From a virus, in IMG/VR virus record IMGVR_UViG_3300032007_000171, positions 1 through 42,411 of that record: a DNA stretch of 42,411 nt; one strand, written 5' to 3'. Position numbers and translations under genes: made by a program. Each line of letters starts with the position of its first letter. Within the stretch, counting starts at the first letter, position 1. Below the pieces are notes generated by a model, which was given only the letters and a program-made list of their open reading frames with translations, did not search any database and was not told the DNA's origin. Positions 17,204-23,634 of this stretch are shown here, in pieces.

Positions 17204-17262
17204 AGTTCAACACTCATTGCTGTAATAAGTTGGTTGGTTAATAGCCCAAAGTTCAAATCTTG

Positions 17263-17336
17263 TGACGGATGAGGTTTTCGACTCCTCGACCTCCGGGTTA
17301 ACACCCCGGCGCTCTTACCATCTGAGCTAATCCGTC
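17263..17336 (-). tRNA. tRNA-Asn(GTT)-like gene, copy B (all stems paired except the T-arm)
   Basis: The minus strand reads GACGGAT TA GCTC AGATGGTAA GAGC G CCGGG GTGTTAA CCCGG AGGTC GAGGA GTCGAAA ACCTC ATCCGTC A. The 7-bp acceptor, D and anticodon stems are perfect, with U33 and A37 present. The T-arm again has A53-A61 and G54 instead of G53-C61 and T54. Confidence 0.6.
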
Positions 17337-17401
17337 ATTTGCGGGCAACTATCCGTCACGGCCTCATTGCCCTTCTTAACGGTTATCCAAATTTGAGTTC
17401 A

Positions 17402-18016
17402 TTAAAGATCATTTTCTTCGGCGATATATTTCTTATAATAACGTATGACGGTATTTCTACTCATATGCAGCCTATTCGCTATGCGTCTGAAACTCATTCC
17501 GGAGTCTTTCCATATCCAAATCTTATCCTTATAAGGGAAGCACTTATAACTTTCTTCATCCGCCCCCCCCTCCGGACGACCTAACTTCCTGCCTTCTGCC
17601 TTCAGACGCGCTAACGCTTCCTTGGTACGCATCGATATCAGGTTACGCTCTATCTCTGCCGAGAGACCAAAAGCGAAGGCTAATACCTTTGCTTGGATAT
17701 CGTCGCCGAGCCGGTAGTTATCCTTTATCGTCCAGACTTTACACTCTTTCTTCATGCAAATAGAGAGGATCTCCATAATCATGAACAGGCTACGTCCGAG
17801 ACGCGATATCTCCGAGCAGATAATCAAGTCGTCCTTCTTTACCTTCTTAAGCAGCGGTCCGAGTTTGCGCTTATCGTAGTTCTTGGTTCCGGATATGGTT
17901 TCTTCTATCCATCCGTCGATGTGTAGATCGTTCCGTTCACAGAACTTCTCAATCTCGAAACGCTGGTTTTCGACCGTTTGCTTATCACTACTTACTCGAA
18001 TATATCCGTATGTCAT
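17402..18016 (-). CDS. Small serine recombinase (resolvase/invertase family), copy B (204 aa)
   Basis: MTYGYIRVSSDKQ, SEISRLGRS, LSAEIERNLISMRTKEAL, and a C-terminal HTH SFRRIANRLHMSRNTVIRYY. It is about 70% identical by eye to copy A over the catalytic domain. Confidence 0.85.
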   Translation of the reverse strand: MTYGYIRVSSDKQTVENQRFEIEKFCERNDLHIDGWIEETISGTKNYDKRKLGPLLKKVKKDDLIICSEISRLGRSLFMIMEILSICMKKECKVWTIKDNYRLGDDIQAKVLAFAFGLSAEIERNLISMRTKEALARLKAEGRKLGRPEGGADEESYKCFPYKDKIWIWKDSGMSFRRIANRLHMSRNTVIRYYKKYIAEENDL

Positions 18017-18219
18017 ATTACCTTAAAGCTATTCAAAAGTTCCTGAAGTTCCTCGATGTACTCGGTTTTATTCCATCCCTCCAGCTCACATACTGCGATA
18101 TCTGCTTGTATCCATGAAAGGAGTTTGCACTTCTCCTCTTCTCGGCACATCTGATTGAATGTGTGCCTCATCTCCGGACTGGCGTCGATGGGTATGGTCC
18201 AATTACCTCTTAAAGCCAT
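18013..18219 (-). CDS. Hypothetical protein (68 aa)
   Basis: ATGA overlap with the recombinase B start codon. Confidence 0.5.
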   Translation of the reverse strand: MALRGNWTIPIDASPEMRHTFNQMCREEEKCKLLSWIQADIAVCELEGWNKTEYIEELQELLNSFKVI

Positions 18220-18388
18220 GCTTCACATCTCTTTCCTTAGTAAACATATCAATACCTCTTGCTGTCCGGACGCGTGCGGCAACTTGATAAACCTCCTGCC
18301 GGTACCAACTTCGAGCCTTCATTTGCTCCGGATAGTTTGTGACTATCCTTTCGGCCTGGGCGTATATATCATTCAAGCTCTTATCCAT
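18203..18388 (-). CDS. Hypothetical protein (61 aa from ATG 18388; the track starts at GTG 18391)
   Basis: TGATG junction with the upstream gene. Early-operon context. Confidence 0.45.
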   Translation of the reverse strand: MDKSLNDIYAQAERIVTNYPEQMKARSWYRQEVYQVAARVRTARGIDMFTKERDVKHGFKR

Positions 18389-18636
18389 CACTTCAGATAT
18401 GGCTCAACATACTTCTGCATGTACTTATTCCGGATCTGAATAGCCAGGCGTGTCATCGTCTGACCCTGCAGAGCCATCGATACCGCGCGTGTAGAAGCGT
18501 TGAACTCTCGTGCTAAAACTTCTACATATCCGCGTGGGGGAGGCGGCACGAATCGGCCGGTTGCTCCGGATGATTTCAAAAATTCGACTGCAGGCATATT
18601 CTTCACCGGAGCCTGCGTTTTCTCGTCATTATTCAT
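18388..18636 (-). CDS. Putative Cro-like / early DNA-binding protein (82 aa)
   Basis: This is the first gene of the leftward early operon, divergent from the CI-like repressor. VEVLAREFNASTRAVSMALQG resembles a helix-turn-helix. Confidence 0.4.
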   Translation of the reverse strand: MNNDEKTQAPVKNMPAVEFLKSSGATGRFVPPPPRGYVEVLAREFNASTRAVSMALQGQTMTRLAIQIRNKYMQKYVEPYLK

Positions 18637-18869
18637 AAATTTTCAATTTTATTGCGTTTTTATTTTCGTATATCGGAAAAAATTTGTATTTTTGCGCAAA
18701 ATTTTTGTAACTTTTGTGCATTTATTTTTCCCTTTTCGGAAAATTCGGTGCAAAGGTACAAAAAATTTTTGATATATGCAAATTTTTGGGAAAAAAAATA
18801 CTAAAAAAATGTAAATAATATGCTATTTTTAGCAAAATAACCCATTTTTAACACCAAAACTGAAGAGCT
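18637..18869. promoter_or_regulatory. Divergent lysis-lysogeny switch region (AT-rich) between the cro-like and cI-like genes
   Basis: A 233-bp AT-rich intergenic region lies between divergent HTH genes and contains the 63-bp repeated promoter element. Confidence 0.6.
18749..18811 (-). promoter_or_regulatory. 63-bp early promoter/operator element, copy 1 (identical to 21407-21469)
   Basis: TGCAAAGGTACAAAAAATTTTTGATATATGCAAATTTTTGGGAAAAAAAATACTAAAAAAATG. The minus strand carries TAccTTTGca (-7 box) facing the cro-like gene. Confidence 0.7.
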
Positions 18870-19271
18870 ATGAATGAAAAAACTGCTGAACAACGAGAAT
18901 TAGTGAGCTTGCTAAATGCTGCTCGATCGCAAGGGCTTGTGGAAAATCAAAAAGAGTTTGCGGATATGATCCAATTACATCCTGGATATCTATCCTCACT
19001 CATTAAAGGATCCAAACCTATAACGAAGCAAATGCTCAAACGAATTAGAGATGCTGCAGCTATGGCAGGAGTAATTGTTGAAGGAAACGGCAACGCTACG
19101 GCTACCGGTCCCGGATCCACAGCGCAAGTTATATCCGGAGATCTCAGCGCGCTCATCAAGGAGATGGGGGAACAGCGTCGATCGTATGAAGAGCAGCTGC
19201 GTGCAAAGGATAAGCAGATATCAGAATGTATGCAGCTCCTGAAGGATGCGATAGCTAAGTCTAAGAAATGA
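18870..19271 (+). CDS. CI-like repressor, XRE-family HTH (133 aa)
   Basis: QKEFADMIQLHPGYLSSLIKGSKPITKQMLKRI fits the XRE/Cro-CI HTH pattern. The C-terminus is coiled-coil-like, and the gene is divergent from the early operon and adjacent to int. Confidence 0.6.
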   Translation: MNEKTAEQRELVSLLNAARSQGLVENQKEFADMIQLHPGYLSSLIKGSKPITKQMLKRIRDAAAMAGVIVEGNGNATATGPGSTAQVISGDLSALIKEMGEQRRSYEEQLRAKDKQISECMQLLKDAIAKSKK

Positions 19272-19295
19272 GCCTTGCAGATCCATTATGTACAT

Positions 19296-19385
19296 CTACA
19301 CGTACGCGTATTAGTCTCGTGCGTATTATGCGCATGAGACGGCGCGTGCCCGCACACATATGTGAGTATATGCGCGCGTGTATGC
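19296..19385. repeat. Alternating purine-pyrimidine GC-rich element (copy Q), related to 2362-2412
   Basis: ACGTACGCGTATTAGTCTCGTGCGTATTATGCGCATGAGACGGCGCGTGCCCGCACACATATGTGAGTATATGCGCGCGTGTATGCA. It includes an 11-bp hairpin at 19312-19338. Confidence 0.55.
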
Positions 19386-19430
19386 ATAATATAAACAAGG
19401 AATAAATATGCGCCTTTTGCATCCATTAAA

Positions 19431-19448
19431 TCGGCACGAATTTGGCAC
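19431..19448 (+). promoter_or_regulatory. Putative integrase arm-type repeats (left pair)
   Basis: TCGGCAC (19431-19437) and TTGGCAC (19442-19448), in the same orientation as the right pair. Confidence 0.4.
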
Positions 19449-19540
19449 ATAGTCTATAGAAAATGCAAAAAAGTAATTTATTAACTTATTGATAGCCAGC
19501 AAGAAACATTCATCCGGAATAGCAAAATCCCCTGCCCCTA

Positions 19541-19570
19541 AAATCCCCGGTTCGAGTCCGGGAAGTGGCT
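19541..19570 (+). other. Putative attP core: 3'-terminal tRNA gene fragment (T-arm + acceptor strand)
   Basis: CCCGG-TTCGAGT-CCGGG is a canonical T-stem/loop and is followed by the 7-nt AAGTGGC plus T. No matching 5' acceptor strand or D/anticodon arms lie upstream. The site is 120 nt upstream of the tyrosine integrase. Confidence 0.55.
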
Positions 19571-19616
19571 CAAAGCCTTAAATAATAAGGTGTAGGCCGG
19601 TGAAATGCTAAAAATA

Positions 19617-19634
19617 TCGGCACAAAATCGGCAC
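19617..19634 (+). promoter_or_regulatory. Putative integrase arm-type repeats (right pair)
   Basis: TCGGCAC occurs at 19617-19623 and at 19628-19634. Confidence 0.4.
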
Positions 19635-19692
19635 ATAAATCTTCTGGTATGATTTTTCTTGCCTGGTTATCAATAACTGGGTAAGAAAAAAA

Positions 19693-20889
19693 ATGCCTAC
19701 AACTCCCGCGCACACGATCACCCCTTATATCCCTGCGGTCCTACGGAAAAATTCGCATGGGTATGTAATCGAGTACTACTTCTTCAATCACCTATCCGGT
19801 GGTTATGTCCGGCGTACTATAAAACTAAACAGGATCCGCAAGCGGTTCACTTCTGCCAAGGATTTCAAGGAGTACGCCACCAGTATTATCTGTAAGCTGA
19901 ATGTGAAATTAGCCGGCGGCTGGTCACCCATCGGCGAGGTGGTGAATACGCGCGAGTATGTACCCATCGCTCAAGTTATTGATCAGTACATCCGGGAGAA
20001 ACAAAGTTCATTGGCTAAAAACACAATGATGGCATACAGATCCTTCTGTATCCGATTGAAAAGTTGGGTGGAGAAAAATTATCCTCAATGTAACTGTGCG
20101 CTTTTTACAAAGGTAATAGCTATTCAGTTCATGGATCATATTTGGGCTGGAGATAGTGCTGTCGTAAACAAATCAAAGAAGAGTGCTCAGTGTTCCGGGC
20201 ATGTGAGCGAGCGTACGTATAATAATAACCTAAAACTTGGCCGGGCGTTTTTCGCCTGGTGTATCGATAAGTGCTATGCAAAAGAGAATCCCTTCGAGAC
20301 CATTAAGCCAAAGCGAGAGGCTAAAAAGAAGCGCATTCTGATACCAAAGCAGATCCGGACAAAGATAGATCAGTATTTTGCAGAGAACAATCCTGCCATG
20401 CGAATTGTTTGCCGGCTGGTATATACTTCTCTCTTGCGGCCGATAGAAGTATCCCGTGTGCGTGTGCATCAGATCCTATATGATAAATCATGCATCTACA
20501 TGCCGTTCGATCAGACAAAGAATGGGAAAGAGCGCTACGGCCGAATCGATAAGGATCTCGCCATGATGCTGCAGGAGTATCTTCATGGAGCATCTGCCGC
20601 TGATTATATCTTCAGCGATGGCACATGGTCCTATGGGTCCAAACAGAAAAACTCCCACGCGTTCGGTAATGCATGGGAGAAAATGAGAGAGGATCTGAAT
20701 CTTCCGGAGGAATATCAGCTATACTCTCTCCGGGACACCGGTATCCATGATTTGCTAATCGATGGAGTTGTAGATCTCGATGTGATGCATGCGGCCGGCC
20801 ACAGTGACCTCACAATGACTACCCGCTATGCAGATCACATCGACGAGGGTATGATTTCGCGCATTAACAATCAAGCTTCCGGGTACTAA
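19693..20889 (+). CDS. int: Tyrosine integrase (398 aa)
   Basis: The C-terminal catalytic pattern is present: LLRPIEVSR (Arg I), YSLRDTGIHDL (second Arg region) and HAAGHSDLTMTTRYADH (His ... Tyr nucleophile). Confidence 0.85.
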   Translation: MPTTPAHTITPYIPAVLRKNSHGYVIEYYFFNHLSGGYVRRTIKLNRIRKRFTSAKDFKEYATSIICKLNVKLAGGWSPIGEVVNTREYVPIAQVIDQYIREKQSSLAKNTMMAYRSFCIRLKSWVEKNYPQCNCALFTKVIAIQFMDHIWAGDSAVVNKSKKSAQCSGHVSERTYNNNLKLGRAFFAWCIDKCYAKENPFETIKPKREAKKKRILIPKQIRTKIDQYFAENNPAMRIVCRLVYTSLLRPIEVSRVRVHQILYDKSCIYMPFDQTKNGKERYGRIDKDLAMMLQEYLHGASAADYIFSDGTWSYGSKQKNSHAFGNAWEKMREDLNLPEEYQLYSLRDTGIHDLLIDGVVDLDVMHAAGHSDLTMTTRYADHIDEGMISRINNQASGY

Positions 20890-20930
20890 GGAATGACTTC
20901 ACACTGTCGCCACATTCCTTAGTTATCTTG

Positions 20931-21101
20931 TTACACATCGCCGCGATTGGCCATGTTATCCAATGAATTCTGCGCTTTTATCGCGCGAATGAGCTCTGTA
21001 ACATACCTGCCTCCTCCGTGGCTTATAATCCACTCATGCACATCATCAGCCACAACGTACTTGCGCGGCTGTCCTTCGTTCTTTGGTCTTCCTGCTGCCA
21101 T
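20931..21101 (-). CDS. Unlisted small ORF (56 aa): ribbon-helix-helix-like DNA-binding protein, candidate excisionase/regulator
   Basis: I translated it by hand as MAAGRPKNEGQPRKYVVADDVHEWIISHGGGRYVTELIRAIKAQNSLDNMANRGDV, then TAA. The ATG is 7 nt after the stop of 21109..21360. The GRPK...beta-strand...two-helix pattern resembles Arc/CopG. Confidence 0.5.
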   Translation of the reverse strand: MAAGRPKNEGQPRKYVVADDVHEWIISHGGGRYVTELIRAIKAQNSLDNMANRGDV

Positions 21102-21108
21102 ATCAGAA

Positions 21109-21360
21109 CTATTTTGCTTCGTTAGACATTGAATAGCAGTAACCGTTGCACAGGTTAACCGCGTACTCGTTACCGGCCTTGCTTTTTACAATTTCGTAGC
21201 AATCTTTGCTCTCGACATAATCACGACCAATAAAGGTGCCTGTTTTGTCGTAGAAAGCACGACCATCTGCTAATTCGATGATGTGACGATTGAAGCAGTT
21301 GGGCATAGGGGTTTCACCAACCTTTGCTCCGATTCCGTTTGCGTAAGTGTAGTTTGCCAT
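21109..21360 (-). CDS. Hypothetical protein (83 aa), first gene behind the second copy of the early promoter element
   Basis: ATG at 21358-21360 lies 47 nt downstream of the TAccTTTG box of element 21407-21469. Confidence 0.55.
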   Translation of the reverse strand: MANYTYANGIGAKVGETPMPNCFNRHIIELADGRAFYDKTGTFIGRDYVESKDCYEIVKSKAGNEYAVNLCNGYCYSMSNEAK

Positions 21361-21406
21361 AATGATTACATTTTAGATGTTAGACATGTTTGTTTTTTAA
21401 ATCCAC

Positions 21407-21469
21407 TGCAAAGGTACAAAAAATTTTTGATATATGCAAATTTTTGGGAAAAAAAATACTAAAAAAATG
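21407..21469 (-). promoter_or_regulatory. 63-bp early promoter/operator element, copy 2 (identical to 18749-18811)
   Basis: Base-by-base comparison gives a 63/63 match. Confidence 0.7.
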
Positions 21470-21521
21470 CACTTTTATTCAAAAAAGCGCATTTTTTCAT
21501 ATTTTTAGTGTAAATTATGTA

Positions 21522-21875
21522 CTATTTACCACCAGATAGTAGATTTTGTAATTTCTGCTTCCATCCGGACATCTTCTCGCGGATCTTACCTCTGATGTCG
21601 CGTACGGACTCCGGAAGGATCTGCTCGGATACCTCTTTCGCTCGATCGTGCTTCCGATTGGATAAGATCTGCTCTTCAGTCACGCGAGTCAGCATCTGAT
21701 AGATCATGCGTTTGCATAGCGATAGGCGATTCATATCATTCACTCGCTTACACTCTCCGATCAGTACATGATGCGGAAATAGCTGCGCAAATAGCGCAAG
21801 ATCCTGTGCAAAGTATTTCTCATCGGCCAACCGGTCCTTGATCGCCTGGCGTTCTGCGATTGTGTAGTTAGTCAT
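21522..21875 (-). CDS. Hypothetical protein (117 aa), paralog X' of the N-terminus of 41553..42365
   Basis: MTNYTIAERQAIKDRLADEKYF...LFPHH...RVN..N..SLCKRMIYQML aligns with MKNYTIAERQAIKDRLASEEHF...LFPHH...RVNRVNKASLCRRMIYQML. The gene directly follows the endolysin. Confidence 0.65.
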   Translation of the reverse strand: MTNYTIAERQAIKDRLADEKYFAQDLALFAQLFPHHVLIGECKRVNDMNRLSLCKRMIYQMLTRVTEEQILSNRKHDRAKEVSEQILPESVRDIRGKIREKMSGWKQKLQNLLSGGK

Positions 21876-21888
21876 ATTGTTTGTGCAA

Positions 21889-22671
21889 TTAGATTAGCCG
21901 TTTCTTAAACTCAAACCATAGATCTTCCGAGCTCTTCTCCTTGGTGGGTTTGCCGGTTTCTGCATCATAGATGGTGCCAGGATTCCACCCGATAATTCCA
22001 GGGCACAACTTCCGGCTGGCGTCGTAATGGCGGATCACGCGCTTCGAGGGGATGTTATACTTAGCCATGATCATCTTGGCTACCTTAACGGCGTTCTCCA
22101 CGGCTTCGTCTGTGAAGTACCATCCGGAATGGTTCGGAACCTTTGGCGTGGTGCCTTCCTTCAGGTTGCTGCAGATCTCGATACTTATGGCATTCCTGTT
22201 AGTTACATGATATTTTCCCTTTCCATCGCCTACGGCCCAGCAGTAGTAGTTCTCCGGATCCGGATTCACCTGCAGCATCGAGTCGTCATCCACGACGAAG
22301 TCGGCGCTCGCATTTCTATTCAGGAATACGTTGCGTGTCTTCGTTTCGGCATTGCCGGCCGAAGAACTTCCGGCCGTAAAGTGTATCACAAGATACTCGA
22401 TCGTCCTGCCATCGCTGTGTGTGATATGTTTGCTTATCGGGTCGTATATCACGTCATCTCCCAGTACGGAGTTGTCTTGCGGCTTGCCGGTCTTGGCCAT
22501 GGCTGCCCAGGTCTTATCTCCTACGATGCCATCGGCCGTAAGCCCGTGCGCATTCTGCCATTGTTTTACCTTACCCTCCGTGGTTGGGCCAAAATCACCA
22601 TCCGGGCGGCATCCCAGAATCTTCTGCAGGGCTTTTACCTGGTCGCCCTTACTACCTCTCTTCAGTAACAT
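21889..22671 (-). CDS. Endolysin: N-acetylmuramoyl-L-alanine amidase (Amidase_2/PGRP type) with an N-terminal peptidoglycan-binding domain (260 aa)
   Basis: The PG_binding_1-like segment is GDQVKALQKILG..DGDFGPTTEGKVKQWQ..GLTADGIVGDKTW. The amidase segment is YLVIHFTAGSS...ADFVVDD...ISIEICS...VIRHYDASRKLCPG. Confidence 0.85.
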   Translation of the reverse strand: MLLKRGSKGDQVKALQKILGCRPDGDFGPTTEGKVKQWQNAHGLTADGIVGDKTWAAMAKTGKPQDNSVLGDDVIYDPISKHITHSDGRTIEYLVIHFTAGSSSAGNAETKTRNVFLNRNASADFVVDDDSMLQVNPDPENYYCWAVGDGKGKYHVTNRNAISIEICSNLKEGTTPKVPNHSGWYFTDEAVENAVKVAKMIMAKYNIPSKRVIRHYDASRKLCPGIIGWNPGTIYDAETGKPTKEKSSEDLWFEFKKRLI

Positions 22672-22690
22672 ATTCTCAATAATTTAGATT

Positions 22691-23275
22691 CTACAAGAAC
22701 GGCACGAAACGCCGAATCGTAATAATATATGGTGAAGTGGCCGGGAATTTCTCCATAACCCATGCGGCCAGCTTCAGGAGTAATAAGATAGCCGTGATCC
22801 AGAACCAAAAACTGCAGAAGCGGTCGTATGACGTTCTGGAGTTCTTCACTGCCTGCTCGTAGTCTGACTGCCACCGGCTACACATGATATCAAGGCTGTC
22901 GGAGCGATGTTGGTAGTCGGATGCAAGCGCCCGATAAAAGTTTGTACTATCGCGCTGCTCATGGTGCGATTCTCTGTGTTGTACTCCGCTTACATTAGTA
23001 GCTTCTCCGCTCTTGGCGTTATAGGTTCCACCGCCTTGGCCAAACTGGATAACCAGATTTGAACTATCGACAATCATAACATGATGCTCAATGATGCACA
23101 CACTGTCACGGTAAATCCATACGATACTATCTCTATAGTTAATAACGGTGGAGTCATGCCAGTTGATTTGCTCCTTGACTCGAACCGAGCGACATCCGGA
23201 TGCGAGGAGAATGTATAACGCAATAATCGCAAATAGCGATATGTTCAATACGTAATAAATGATTGGCTTCTTCAT
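22691..23275 (-). CDS. Lipoprotein with a C-terminal transmembrane helix (194 aa): unimolecular-spanin-like
   Basis: The N-terminal signal has a lipobox-like LLASG|C. The C-terminal hydrophobic helix is FCSFWFWITAILLLLKLAAWVM. The gene lies immediately upstream of the endolysin. Confidence 0.5.
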   Translation of the reverse strand: MKKPIIYYVLNISLFAIIALYILLASGCRSVRVKEQINWHDSTVINYRDSIVWIYRDSVCIIEHHVMIVDSSNLVIQFGQGGGTYNAKSGEATNVSGVQHRESHHEQRDSTNFYRALASDYQHRSDSLDIMCSRWQSDYEQAVKNSRTSYDRFCSFWFWITAILLLLKLAAWVMEKFPATSPYIITIRRFVPFL

Positions 23276-23388
23276 AATGCTATTAAATTTCGTGATCTTC
23301 AGACGATGTGTGTCTGTTAAAATCTGCTATCAGGCGCCCGTGCTTAGTGTAGATAGTTAATCCAGGTGTCCGATATATCACCGTCTCA

Positions 23389-23634
23389 TCACTCATCGAA
23401 GCCATAGTCGGTTGGATTGAACGGCTCATCGATACTATGCACGCGACAGTATTCCTGCTGAAGCCCTTTGAGAGTTTCTACAGGTGGGACGGCGGGGAAA
23501 ACTACCTCTCCTACTTTGCTTAATCCACTACCCGGTATCGGCTCAAAGCCGAAACGAAATAACACGCCCTGCGGCAAAGCGGCTTTACGCGGCGCATTGC
23601 AGGGCACTACATTTTGATTTACTACGGTATTCAT
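23389..23634 (-). CDS. Hypothetical protein (81 aa) overlapping the RT 3' end by 50 nt
   Basis: There is a single ATG at 23632-23634 and no motif was recognised. Confidence 0.4.
   Translation of the reverse strand: MNTVVNQNVVPCNAPRKAALPQGVLFRFGFEPIPGSGLSKVGEVVFPAVPPVETLKGLQQEYCRVHSIDEPFNPTDYGFDE

Noticed and set aside
22027-22668. 213-aa plus-strand ORF (and 22331..22687) opposite the endolysin
   Set aside because: It is antisense to an ORF with clear PG-binding and amidase motifs. It has no recognisable motif, promoter or partner genes on that strand.
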